A stretch of 64,000 nt of DNA. It comes from Marsupella aquatica (taxonomy: Eukaryota; Plantae; Marchantiophyta). The stretch lies in assembly GCA_973895155.1 (NCBI GenBank), contig OZ316898.1, positions 3,968,480-4,032,479 of the forward strand, given 5' to 3'. Numbering within the stretch: position 1 is the first letter of the stretch; every line of letters starts with the position of its first letter. The position numbers and the translations under genes are program-made. Below the pieces are notes generated by a model. That model had not been told where the DNA came from, ran no database searches, and saw nothing but the letters and a program-made list of their open reading frames with translations. Of the stretch, positions 25,677 to 37,559 are shown in pieces.

Positions 25677-28600
25677 TGTGGTGTGTTTCCCAACACCTCT
25701 AACCCCAAGAACCATCCGCCTCTGGCAATAAACCCTACAGTTTATGGTTGGCTTATGGTGGTTTGGCTACCATTCGGCTTGGAAGCGCCATCTACTCTCG
25801 ATCCACACTATGCTGGACCGATTCTTTCACTGGGCTTGCTAATTGTGCATTGCTATGACACCTAATTCTCAATTGACTTCGTCGGGTATGTTTGTATTTT
25901 GCCCCCGGAATGTACCTCTACGGCTTAATCTCTTAAGCCGGCTGAAGGTTTTTCTCAGACCGACTCAACCCACACTTTAACCAACAAAACACTCTCAATC
26001 CTCACTTTTCTCTCAGAGTTTGGTTTGGCAGTCTCCAATCAAGACAATGCGATCGTATAGCTTCACAGTATCGCTCTAAGTGACTCAAATCAATCAAGCG
26101 ACAAGTATCACAACACACAACGCCATGATTGCAAGAATCTGCAAACTAGGCAACAAGGCCAACTCAATTCAAACAATTGCACAGAAATGGAAATTTGTGG
26201 TTTACTGATAATCCGTGGTCTAGATTTAGCCAAAAGCTGTATGCTAGCAATACTGACTTTACACTAGAGTCTTGACTAAGAAAAAGCCCCCGAGCCACGC
26301 TGCCCAGGTTTTTATCCTTGCAGCGCATTCAGGGAAAAAGGCGAAAATCCTAACCACAACTCACGGCCTTCCACCGCGATAATCCAACTAAAAAAACTAT
26401 CACCTAAAAAACTTAACTAGCCTGGAACCCTGTGGAAACCGAGCATCTAATACTACCTAAGCCGACAGGGCGCTACTTGCCCTGTCCCATCCTACAACGG
26501 CCGCGCCCTTCTGGCCCAAGCCCTTCTGGCCCAAGCCCTTCTCCTACCGCCACGTCCTCCTTCCAGCCGATGACTGGCCCTCCTTAATTGTCAGATGACC
26601 GGGGGTAAGCACGAATCTTCCGACTCTACGCCTTCTCCTGCCATCGGCTCCGGCTTGATTCCTTCGGCTTCCTTGACTTCGGGTTCTGGTTTGTCGGCCC
26701 CGGCATCGGCAGCGGCATCGACATCCTCCTGGGAAATGGCTTGGATAGCGTTGGCCTTCACTTCCTCAATCCAAGCCTGCTCTCCAATACGTTCTGTATT
26801 GATCTTCCACAGCTTCACATTATGGTAGTCCATGGTGGCTATACCGGTGTCTGAACCTGTTACTGCAGCTCCAAGTTCATCGGCATTACTTATCTCTACC
26901 ACGGCTGCCTTTGTAGCAACAGTCCCACAAATGTGGGCGGCCATACTCTCGACCTCTTCTGGCATGGCTTTGAGAGGTACCCCAGAAGTACCTGCTGGCC
27001 CCATGAATGTTTTGGCCAGATCCGCAACCAATTGCATTGCCTTACCCCCAGTTACTCTTGACAATATAGATGTCGGCTTCAGCACCTCAGTATTCCCGGC
27101 AACCATGCCACTAGCGGGAGCCAGTCCAGTTGGTGATTCATGCCCGGCTTTGACATACTTTCACAACTTCTCTGTTTGATTATTTGCACGCCTTTGCAAG
27201 CCAATCATCTTGTCTTTGGCCTCCTCCAGCTCTTGGGATAAATCCTCAACCTCCTCATTAAGCCAGTGTGCCTCCTCTTTGGCCATCTTGAGCTCCTCGT
27301 TTAAGATCTGCACAATCTCAAACTCCTGCTTATCCAAAGCGGTTCTCTGGGAATTGTTGATGCTTTCCAGCTTTGTGACCTCGTTCGTCCATGCCTGCTT
27401 TGTCCTGATTAGCTCCTCCTAAAGCTCCTTGCGTATCTGTTGGACTCGGCTTAGGTGATCATTGGCCGCTGTGCAAATGGTGTCCTCATGCTTCTCACGC
27501 ATGGCCTCCAACTGGTCGAGTAACTTGTCATACTTCCTTTGGGCTTCTGCCAAGGCCTTCTCACTCTGGGTGGCCTGCTCCTTAGCCGTCTTTCTGAGCC
27601 TCTCAACTTGGCGATTTAGACCCTGTACCTCTGCTTTTAAATCGGCTAACTCCAGCTCTACCTTCGTCAATTTTTCCTTGATCTGTTGATAATCCAATTG
27701 GTTGTTTGCCACTTCCAATTCCTGCTGCTTAGCCAAGAGATCCTGCTGAGTTGGTTGATCAAACTTTGTCTTAGCAACTTCGGCTTCCATGGAGCAAAGC
27801 CGAGCAATTACTTCTTCTTTCTTTAATTGCTCCAACGTCATTGCCTCCTCCAACCTTGTTTGGTCAGCCATTTCCTTTCTAGGAAATGGTCCGGATTCTA
27901 ACTCATTGCCGAAGATTTCTATTGCTAGCAGTCCACACATGTCTCCATACTCCCTAATCCGATCCATGGCATATTTTGACCTGCCAGGTGATACTGGCAT
28001 CTGCCAACGAGGCCGTTTCTCCCAAGCTTTTGCCCGTAATTGATCAAAGTCAGTGAGAGGTTCAGCCTACTTCTCACTAAGCCGTCTTATTTCCTCCGGC
28101 CAATCACCGCCTGGTAGCTGCCGTTTCTGCATGTCATTTTGGGCCCTCCACTCGTCAAGTTTCTCCTTCAGACCTGCCTCGGCTTCCTTCATTCGGTCAA
28201 ATTCCAATGGTGTCACGTTCGGTGGAGGAGACTCTGGGGTTTTCTGATCCTCCGGCTTGCCATAAAAGACTGAGGGAAGTCTTCTACAAAACCTTCCCAA
28301 CGTTCTCACTCCCGGCACCGGTCTCTCCCCATGATCAACATAATCATTGTCGTAGTCATCCATATTAACCTGACTACCGAGCATGTCGGCCTCTTCTGCA
28401 AAGCCCCCAATCTCCTCCTCTAAGTATTGTTGGGCTGCCATTGGTCGATTTACCTCCACCGGTTTCTCCTTTCGGGCCCGGCTAGAAGCTCTAAGGATTG
28501 GCCTCTCCGGACTTTGGCCTCGGCTTCCATCTTCTGACTCTGAATCCATTTGCTCATCTCGTTTCTTTCTTTCTTTGGCAGTCATCTTCCTCTCTACCAG

Positions 28601-30287
28601 TTGAATACCTGCATATGGGTTATTACGAGTAGGCCGTCGCAGCGGATTTCTCACCACATCATATGTTACCACCTCTGGTTCCTTGAGAGGGGAATTCTCC
28701 CATCCCTGGACTGCCTGTATTGCCGACCTCTTCTCTTGTTGTCGCTTGTTCAGGGGCTGCTCGTCCTCCTCCATCTCCTCAAGTGGTGCAGTGATTGGCA
28801 TCCGCTCCTATATAGGCAACACTGGTGCAAAAGACTGGCTTCTTGCATATCGGCAAAGTAATTGCAGATGGTACCCTAGTCTAGATACCGCTCCTTCCCC
28901 AATACTCTGCTTCTCTTCATTCAATGCCTTTTTCAACTGCATTAAGAGATAGTCGTTGTGGTCTCGGCTTGAATCAATATTCTCCACCAAAAATACCTGG
29001 GTTTTGCCGATTTCTGCTCTCGGCAAGGTACAATGCAACGTGACTCTCAGGAAATCAATCAGCTGCCCTATATGTGGGTTTGTACATTGATTCCTGAAGA
29101 ACCCATTCTTAGTGGAAGGCCCTGGAAATGACCTGAACTGGTCATCCGGCAACGTCTTCCCCTGCTCCACCTTAGTCTTCCTTCTTGTTGGTACAGCGAA
29201 GACGGCTTTGATAAGCGCAGGTGTTAGTTTGAACACCTTTCCATATAGCAACGTCGTGTTGGAAGAAGCCTCCCAGCATCCCACAAAGTCCAACAGATCC
29301 TCATCCGTTATCTCGATTAATCGCCATGGTAATCGGATGAATCCCTCTAAGCCAGTGTTGTTCATGTATCCCGAATACTTGTTATCCTGGATAGCACAGA
29401 AGACCTCATCTTCTTCTCGTGCAAACTACAGTTGTAAGTCAGCAGGTAGTCTATCCGCCCAACCCGCCATAAACTTATCCTCTATTGCCCTATCATGAAC
29501 TGGCACGGCTTCAGCCTTAGCCTACCTCTCCCATCGGTTCCGCTTAGCTGGTGTTGTAGATGCCGAACTACCCTTACGCTTCATCTTCTCCATTCCTGAG
29601 AACTCTCCAAGAATGGCTTCCTTGCTCCAAGCCAAAGTGTGACCCTTCAACTCCCACACCGGCTGCCCAGCGTTCTTAATCGCCTCCCGAATTCCAACAA
29701 CTCAATTTTGTTGGATCAGCACTTTGTCAAGCTCGGCACTGGTGGGAGTCCATGCGAATTTCTCAAGGACCTCTTTCGTTCCCACAAAAGCCATCTTATG
29801 AATTCCCCATAACCGCGCGAGCTCCGCCCGTTCCCTTGCTGCTCATTCCGGCTTGACATCTTCGTAAGTTGGTATGAGCTGCCGTGCTTCTTCAAGCAAA
29901 CAACCCCAAAACTTGGCCGCTTGATTCACCGTGGTCATTCCAGCAAAAAAAAAGAGCTTGAGCAGTTCTCTAACCACCTCCCCCGATTGATTGGCAGATG
30001 CTTCCACCTCCCTAGGTTGATCAAACAAGAAAATGAGCAAGTGTACCAAGTGTCGGTCCCCTCCCTACGAAGCCGCCTCCTGATGGCTTACCTGATCAAG
30101 CCCAGATTAGGTCATAACCCTAATCCCACTTAATCACGACCGTTGGATCCTATCCTATCACAATCTCCCCTGAACACGTTGCAATCGGCCTCGATCCTTA
30201 TTCCTCCCTTATTCTATCTACCTAATTTTTATTTAGCCATTATTTTAGGCTTAACTAAGTACTTCGTGATCCTGGCAAGGCATCACA
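25677..30287 (-). mobile_element. Element A: 4,611-bp TG...CA unit with 5-bp TSD (giant ORF-bearing solo-LTR-like)
   Basis: Starts TGTGGTGT, ends GGCATCACA; TSD TGGTG at 25672-25676 and 30288-30292; no internal direct repeats and no gag/pol. Confidence 0.9.
26591..30049 (-). pseudogene. Element A ORF: PMD-like domain + coiled coil, broken by nonsense codons
   Basis: Five ORF pieces all in one frame; clear paralogue of the 1186-aa ORF (shared NQAA.FWGCL, GLE.F.RLPW, FRSFPGPSTKNGFFRN.CTNPHIG, LPGGDWPE.IRRL). Confidence 0.85.
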
Positions 30288-33271
30288 TGGTGACAGGCAG
30301 AGTACTTTTTCAAGTTCCAGGAATGGCTGAAGAAATAACATAAAGCTTACACTATCGGTTTGCCATCTTTTCAAGCCCTCAAACCTTACTTCATACATAC
30401 AATGAAAGATAGGGATGTCTACTGTTGTAAGCAACATGTTGAGATGCACCTACTTTGCAAAGCCTTTGCCAAGCAACGACAAGCTCAACATCCTGTGGGT
30501 TGCACATGTCAATGTGTAGTTTGTTCCCCTATAATTGTTGTTGGAGTGAGTCATAGTATTGATGGTAGTGTTGTCGATGGTACTTGCAGTACCACTACTC
30601 ATGTGAGTCTGAATAGTTATGATGAACCCTGCAAAGCTCACAAGTATACACAATGCTCTGTGAGAGAGTGGTGCGCACAGACCTTATGTAAGAAAGGAGA
30701 GGATGATCTTTGGCACAAGAGAGACTGTTTACTAGGTAGTTGTGAGATTTGTGGGCCAGGGTTGTTAGAGTTGTGTCCGTGGGAGGAAAGAGTGGATGAA
30801 GAGGATGAGTTTGTGGTGTGGCAAACATATGAGTATGTTAACCTGGATGATTATTTTACCAAAGCCAAAGAGTGCCAAAAAGAAGAAAGTCCAGAATCGT
30901 GATGATGCAGAGATTTCCAAGGTTAGAAAGAGGCTTAGATTAGTAACTAAAGTCACCTCAATGGTGGTGTTTATGGAAAAAGTAACAGCTACTATAGAAA
31001 GGTTTATAAAACATGACTTCTATGCTAGATGGCAAGCTGAGCAGTACCAGAATTGTCTCAAGTCCTTTCCTAAAGGCACCATAGTGAGTTTGATTGACTT
31101 TGCAGAGAACTACACGTTTGCAACGCAAGATGAGGTACAATCCCTTCACTGGGATAATAGACAGGTCACTATTCTTGTTCTGATCACCTACCGGCACCAG
31201 TATGACAAGGAGGAGGAGGATCCTGTGGTGTACAACAAAATGGGCCAGAGGATCACCAGATTTATTGAGGCTGATTACCACTTCTTTATTTCAGATGACA
31301 ATAGCCATGATACCTTCTTTGTGCAGCACAGCTTGGATTTCCATTGGAAGTGGATGAAAGAGAGAGATTTTTGTAGACAATCACATTATGTGGTTAGACG
31401 GGTGTACGTGCAACACAGTTTAAAGCTTGCCGCCCTTTTTCCTATGTGGCAAAATACAATCATGATTACGGGGTCCCACTAATGTGGTGTTTCCATGCCT
31501 CGGGGCATGGGAAAGGTGTACAGGTAATTACTTGCCAGGCCCTTTTTTTGCTTCATTGTCTATAGTATGTAATAGTGTTACATTTTTACGTGCTGATTTA
31601 TGCAATAGCTTTGAAGTTTTTAGCGTGCAGGATTTGATGCATTTTTGTTGTATGCTTGCTTCCACAGGATGGACTAGGAGGTGGGGTGAAGCAAGCTCTT
31701 TGAAAGGAGCAATTGCGGAAAGAAGGAGGGCATCCAATGGAAGGTGCCAAGGATGTGGTCGAGTTTCTTAAGGAACGGTTTTTCCTGGGAAAGCAAATGG
31801 AGTATGACAAGAAGCAGGGTGTGAGGCATTTTTTCTGGGAGGTCGGTGTGCAAGAGGTGGAGCGGAGTTCAGGCCTAGAATGTTTGCCTATCAAAGGTGT
31901 GAGACAAAAGCATTGCTTTCTGGGATATAGCCCTGACAATCCCATGATGCTGAAATGTAGAGAATTGGCTTGCTTCTGCATCAACTGTGCACTTCATCCA
32001 GAAAGTCAAGAACTCTGTGAAAATCAGGCTCATGTTCTACCGTGGGAGGTAGATTATGTGTACCCCAAAAATGCTGGAGAGATTGCATCCATTATTGAAG
32101 ACATGGGTGGCGGGTTGGATAGTGAGACCTGTGATTACGAGGGCTACATTGGTGATCTAGTTGAAGTGGGTGACTATTTTGCTGTGAAGGCTGAAGAAGA
32201 CAACATTTGGAAAGCAGAATTCTACGTTCTTTTGTGTACAAAAAAGGCTCATGTTGTTGAAAATGATTTCATAGACGACTGTGGTGCGTCCCATGGCTCC
32301 CTAAACCCAAGAAACCCCCCAGCTCAAGCCGATTCCCGCAGGTTTCGTGCTTGGCGAGGCCGTTTCCGCGGCTTAGCGGCATGGGACGCTGCTAACCTTC
32401 TACTACTACTATTAACATTTTACACACATATACTGGACAGATCCTTCATCGGGTCATGAGATACGTAGCCGGCCTAATATAGGCCTTCCCCTGTCTTCCC
32501 CTGTCTTCCCCTCCGTCTTGTTAGGTATGTTTGGATTCCGCCGCCGGAATGATCCCCAATAGGCTTGGTTAAGCCGCTAAGACCTCTCTCAGCTCGACAC
32601 ATCCAACTCTCACTCCCCTGCTTACTTTCCTTCCTTCTGTTGATGTGGGCACTCTTCACACAAGTTAATGCAACACACAAATAGCAAAATGACTCATTCT
32701 GACTGAGTCATACCATGCACTTGCCATACAAACAGTACATCTCATACACAAGTTCTGCGAACTAAGCCGTGAGGCCAACTCTATTCAGCTCTTAGGCATG
32801 AGGAAACATGAATATACACAAGGGTCACTGTATGACTAACCGAGAGCTTCTCGTACTACTTGATCCCAGCCCGGCTGGTGCAAACTAAAAACTTGCTAAA
32901 GAAGAGGCCCTGAGCTCCCCGCTGCCCAGGTACTTATCCTGGTAGTGGATCCGCCATTCTTTGCATCGTAAGCCTAATCTACTTAACAGTAATCTACTTG
33001 CCCGAATCTACCTATGTACAGCAAGGCAGGAGCACAAGTGTTGCTCCTACCAGTGGGACCGCAATCCCACTAAGCTAAGTGTCAGGGCCGCTCCTGGTTC
33101 TGATCCTAATCCTAAACGTGGAGATCCGTGCCCGCCCTGCCCACTCACGCCTCCTCCCTCCACGTCCGCCCTCCCTAAAAGGAACGGCGCCCTTGCACCG
33201 TCACGACACCGGTGGTGGATCCTCAATGGACGCCCCCAACACTTCCTCCTCAGCCACTGCCGTTGGCCCGC

Positions 33272-36200
33272 CTACTGACTGGGTCCACCTTCGGCTTCAG
33301 CCTCGACAACTCCCACGGCTTCGGCTTCAGCCACCCCCACGGCTTCGGCTTCAGCCAACCCCACGGCTTCGGCCTCAGCCAACCCCACGGCTTCGGCCTC
33401 CCCTTCCCCTAGGGTAGTTGGATCCTTAGCCGTGACCCTGTCTGGGGTCGGTGCTGGGTCTACCTCCTTGATCACCACGGCCTGTGAAGTCGTATTACTC
33501 CTTGACCCTGAAGGTTTCCGCTTCTTCTTCGTTGGTGGCTCGGCAGCTGGTCCCTTCCCCTTCCCACTTACCTCCGGCACTGGTGCAGGTGGCGCGGCTT
33601 GTCCTTCGGCAATTACCACCCCTGGTAACTGGTTTGTCCCAACAGGAGATGGACCTGCTGCAGCTAAGCATTTAAATACTGCGGCTTGTTTCTTCAGCCG
33701 CTCTGTTTGGTTGTCGGCCCGCCGCTGTAGGTTCTCCATCTTCCTCGTGATTTCCTCCAACTCCTCTTGGGTTTCATCCAGGTCCTTACGTGCCCCCTCC
33801 AGCTCGTTTTTGGCCTCCTCCTGCTCCCTGTGGGCTTCCTCCAATTCCTTCTTCAAGGTAGCCTTCTCCTCCTGGGTTGCTCTTAGCTCCTTGTCGAGCT
33901 CTGCAATGATGACAGACTCCATCTGGTTCATCTTGGCGTAAGTCTGTTCGAGCATCTCGTCCTTCTCCCTTAGGTCGGCCTTGAAGCTGGCCGTCAGGGA
34001 CGCAAGCTCCTGCTGCAGCGCCATAATCCCTTGATAGGATTTCCCTAACTCGACCTCCTTCTGCTCAAGGGCTCCGCGGATTTTCTCGAGCTCCCCTTTC
34101 AACGCCCATTCCTTTCTTTGGGTCTCCGCCATGGCCCGGCTGTTGGCTGTTATGTGGGCCTCCTCTGTATTCTTCAGCTCTTGCTTCCACTTTTCCCTTT
34201 CTTTGATCGTGTCGGCCAACTCTTCCTGCGTCTGAGTCAGTTTATCCTTGATATTCTGATTATCAGCCTGCGCGGCGTCCAACTGCCCCTGCATGATGTT
34301 CAGCTCATGTCGTTTAATCCGCAGTTCATCTTGGGCTTTCTTGGCCGCCCTTAGATCTTCAATCTCGGCTCCCATCCTCCTAAGCCGCCGAATGACCTCG
34401 TCCTTCTTGCTTCTCTCTAAAGCCACCGCTTCTTCTAATTGGTGCTTCTCCAACTGCTCCCTATGGAAAAAGGGTCCTACCTCCAACTCCTCTCCAAAGA
34501 TGCCGAGCGCAAGTTCCCCACACATCTCACCATACTCCATGGCTCTATTCTTAGCGTAGGTGGAGTAAGTAGAAGTGATCGGCATCGCCCATCGTGGCCT
34601 CTGCTCCCAAGCCGTCCTGCGGATCTCTTCAATCGTGGCTAGAGGTTTGCTTCCTTTTTCGGCTAGCCGCCTGATGTCCTCCGGCCAATCTCCTCCTGGT
34701 AAATCCTTTTCCTTAGCCAGGGCGGCCTCTTCCTCCTGCTTGATTCGCTCCTGAAATTCCTGCACCGTCTGTTTTATGCCGTCGAAGCTCGGGGGAGCAA
34801 CATCTGGTGGGGGAGACTCAGGGCTACTCTGCTGGTTGGGGTCCCCTCGCACTACCCTTGGAAGTGTGGGGACAAACCGGCCACAGGTCCTTACTCCTGG
34901 AACGTGATGGTCCGACCCATAGCCGGAATTATCATGGCTGCAGTCCTCCACTGCCTCCTCTACCTCTTGGATTTCCGGCTTCTCCCTCTCCTCTTCCTCG
35001 GTAGGAGCTTCAGGCAATTCTGCCTCAGATTCGGAGCTTGAGGTTCCCACGTACATTCGAACACCTGGCTTGGATTCCGGCCTGATTCTCTCCTTGTCTC
35101 CAGCAAAGGGGTTTTCTCTTGTGAGCCGGTGTAGGCCTACCTCTGTAGTAGTGTCCTGCATTGTTGCCGTTGCCGTTGTTGTTGCCGATGCCGATTTCTT
35201 TTCTTTCTCCAGTAGTTTCAGCAGACTCTGCATGCCTGGTTGCTGCATCGGCAAGTCTTCCTTCCTGGGCCTAAACACCTGCTCGATCGTAGGACTAACA
35301 GGTGGTTGAGGCTTCTCAGCCAACGGCCTCGGCGTTGGAGCTTCCTCGGGTGCCCTTACCTGCAGGGGAAGTACCGGGGCAAAAGTCTGACCTCTGGCAT
35401 ACCGGCACAACAGCGGCATGTGATAGCCAAGCCGCGACACGCTCCCCATGCCGATTACCTGCTGCTCCTCCTTTAAGATCTTCTTCAATTGGTTGAGGAG
35501 GTACCCGTTGTAGTCCCGGCTTGGGTCTGGCCTTTCTGCCAGATAGACCTGTGCCTTGCCGATCTCTGCCCTCGGCAAGTTACAATGCATGGTCACCCGC
35601 AAGAAGTCGATCATCTCTCCTATGTGCGGGTTGGTGCAGGTGTTCCGGAAGAAGCCATTCTTCGTTGATGGCCCGGGGAACGACCGGAACTCCTTGTCAG
35701 GCAAGGTCTTCCTGGTATCAACTTTGGTCTTATTGCCCATCGGCAAGCCAAACACTTCGGCAATCACCTTGGGAGTAAGATAGAAATCCTTCCCATATAT
35801 CCTCGTGCAATTGGTCTCGGGTTCCCATGACCCCACGAATTCTAATAGGTCTGACTCCGGTACCTCCGGCTTCAGCCATGGTAATCTTACAAAGGCCTCC
35901 AAGCCGGATCCGGCCATGAAGCCTTGGTACTTCTTGGTCTGCATGGCCGTAAAGCATGCATCCTCCTCCCGTGCAAAATGTAGTTGCACCTCCACCGGTA
36001 GGGTTGCCGCCCAGCCCTTCCAGGTGTCATCCCTGGTTGGAATGGCCTTGATGGGATCGACCTCCTCCTCTTCGGCTTCTCCCTGCCTCCTGCTCTGCTG
36101 CTCGGCTGGCTTCTTTGGTGCCGCCGACCTCGTTCTTTTTGCCGGGGTGGCTTCATCGTTGACGGCTCCCTTCCTCTTCATCTCTGCTGCCGTGGAGGTT

Positions 36201-36832
36201 TCTCCTAGCACCGTTGCCTGGGTCCACCTTTCCGTGCTACCCTTTAATTCCCAGTGTATGTCGTTGCAGTTCTTGATGGCCTCTCGGATGCCGACGACGC
36301 TGTCTTTGCAAAACAGAAGATCGTCGAGTTGATTGGAAGTAGGCGTCCACAGGAACTCGTCCTTGATGAGTTCGCCTCCTAAGAAAGCCGTCTTCTGCAG
36401 CTCCCACAATCGAGCGAGCTCCTGCCGTTCTCGAGCTGCCCTTTCTGACTCCTCGTCCTCGTAAGTCTTGATGTACTCAGTTGCCCGTTCGAACAGGCAT
36501 CCCCAGAAATGTGCCGCTTGATTGACGTTGCTCATACCCTCCTTAGGTTGATCGTCGGTATCTACTCTCTCCCCGAGTGCTTGCCTAAGCAGCTGACAGT
36601 AGTTGGCCTCCCGTAGTCGTCTGCCTAGTTCGTGCTCGCAAATGAGCCACCATCTCCTGCAAGCGCTCCTTACCCCTCTCCTCTGCCGGTCCTTCTTCCC
36701 GTTGATCCTTCCTAGCCGCCGACGCTTAACGCGCCCTAACCCTAATCGGGTTTTCACCCTCAGCCTTACCTCCGGCCTCTGCCCGGGTTCCATGGTTGCC
36801 CCTAATTGTTTATATTTTCCTTTTTTTGTCAC
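33272..36832 (-). CDS. Intact 1186-aa protein (first ATG 36793): basic N-terminus, PMD/Transposase_28/32-like domain, disordered linker, SMC-like coiled coil, NLS-like PPTKKKRK
   Basis: Uninterrupted ORF; motif GLEAFVRLPW...LLEFVGSWEPETN...IYGKDFYLTPKVIAEVFGLPMG resembles plant mobile domain; ~300 aa of heptad repeats. Confidence 0.75.
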   Translation of the reverse strand: MTKKGKYKQLGATMEPGQRPEVRLRVKTRLGLGRVKRRRLGRINGKKDRQRRGVRSACRRWWLICEHELGRRLREANYCQLLRQALGERVDTDDQPKEGMSNVNQAAHFWGCLFERATEYIKTYEDEESERAARERQELARLWELQKTAFLGGELIKDEFLWTPTSNQLDDLLFCKDSVVGIREAIKNCNDIHWELKGSTERWTQATVLGETSTAAEMKRKGAVNDEATPAKRTRSAAPKKPAEQQSRRQGEAEEEEVDPIKAIPTRDDTWKGWAATLPVEVQLHFAREEDACFTAMQTKKYQGFMAGSGLEAFVRLPWLKPEVPESDLLEFVGSWEPETNCTRIYGKDFYLTPKVIAEVFGLPMGNKTKVDTRKTLPDKEFRSFPGPSTKNGFFRNTCTNPHIGEMIDFLRVTMHCNLPRAEIGKAQVYLAERPDPSRDYNGYLLNQLKKILKEEQQVIGMGSVSRLGYHMPLLCRYARGQTFAPVLPLQVRAPEEAPTPRPLAEKPQPPVSPTIEQVFRPRKEDLPMQQPGMQSLLKLLEKEKKSASATTTATATMQDTTTEVGLHRLTRENPFAGDKERIRPESKPGVRMYVGTSSSESEAELPEAPTEEEEREKPEIQEVEEAVEDCSHDNSGYGSDHHVPGVRTCGRFVPTLPRVVRGDPNQQSSPESPPPDVAPPSFDGIKQTVQEFQERIKQEEEAALAKEKDLPGGDWPEDIRRLAEKGSKPLATIEEIRRTAWEQRPRWAMPITSTYSTYAKNRAMEYGEMCGELALGIFGEELEVGPFFHREQLEKHQLEEAVALERSKKDEVIRRLRRMGAEIEDLRAAKKAQDELRIKRHELNIMQGQLDAAQADNQNIKDKLTQTQEELADTIKEREKWKQELKNTEEAHITANSRAMAETQRKEWALKGELEKIRGALEQKEVELGKSYQGIMALQQELASLTASFKADLREKDEMLEQTYAKMNQMESVIIAELDKELRATQEEKATLKKELEEAHREQEEAKNELEGARKDLDETQEELEEITRKMENLQRRADNQTERLKKQAAVFKCLAAAGPSPVGTNQLPGVVIAEGQAAPPAPVPEVSGKGKGPAAEPPTKKKRKPSGSRSNTTSQAVVIKEVDPAPTPDRVTAKDPTTLGEGEAEAVGLAEAEAVGLAEAEAVGVAEAEAVGVVEAEAEGGPSQ
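33290..33400. repeat. 24-bp tandem repeat (AEAEAVGL x4) at the 3' end of the element B ORF
   Basis: CCCACGGCTTCGGC recurs every 24 bp. Confidence 0.85.
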
Positions 36833-37559
36833 TATACTAAGGTGTTCCTAGGGTGCCTTCCTGCTTTACCCACTTAACCGGCCGAGTGATTCCTGTCTAG
36901 GCATCACAACGACTATTCTGCTGAATTTTATAAGGGGGATCGAGTTTTGGCGGGCACTGGTTTCAGCAATATGGCAGGCATCTGACTTGCTTTGTTCGTA
37001 ACGACAAATCTAGCATTAGCTATGCCGATGTGGCATCCGTGATTCACATAAAATTTGGACTTGTGCCAACAAAAATACTGAGGGGATCACCAGGGTTCAA
37101 GCTTGCCCCTAACACTTATCAAGCAATTTTGGATTTAGCGGACAGGTAATTTTCTTTCACTGCCAATATTTATCTGTTTATTGAAGACACTAAAGACACT
37201 CATTGGAAGAGAATAGTTACATTGGGTAGATTGTTGGTTGTGCTGGTTTAATTCTAATTGCAACTTTATTGACTGCAGAGGAAATCCAAGTGTGGTTGAA
37301 TTGAACCTGTACTCCTAAAGTTCTAGGTAAGCAAATTAAAAGCGCAGATGCTAATGTTTTATGAGGTGGTCGTCCTCACTTGATGTTGGTCCCTCAATCT
37401 CAAAACTCTTTGAAAAGGCACTTTGTGACATTCTTGTACACTGATTCATGTCTTTGACCAATCTAGTTTATTGTGTGCAGGTGTTCAATTTGATGACTGC
37501 GCAATGCACATGGCCCATGATTCTCAGTGGCAAGTAAACTTGCAACTCCTCCTTGCCTT

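Larger units (their letters stand above)
32280..36908 (-). mobile_element. Element B: 4,629-bp TG...CA unit with 5-bp TSD (giant ORF-bearing solo-LTR-like)
   Basis: Starts TGTGGTGC, ends GGCATCACA; TSD ACGAC at 32275-32279 and 36909-36913; splits the Sola2 transposase exon. Confidence 0.92.
24330..37149 (+). pseudogene. Sola2-type DDD transposase, spliced, disrupted by stops/frameshifts and two insertions
   Basis: Motifs LKPYF...CCKQH, CLLGSCEICG, HDFYARWQ, IDFAENY..QDEVQSLHW...QVT, FISDD.SHD, WLDG, GHGKG|DGLGG, CFCINC. Intron 25538-30296 contains element A. The frame resumes DD|YSAEF after element B. Confidence 0.75.

Noticed and set aside
32280-32459. C-terminus CGASHGSL... of ORF 31713-32459
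   Set aside because: Read-through into element B; the true transposase continues at 36914.
33432-36851. Numerous Ser-rich plus-strand ORFs (also 6654-7612 and 26595-29498)
   Set aside because: Antisense shadows of Glu/Lys-rich minus-strand ORFs.
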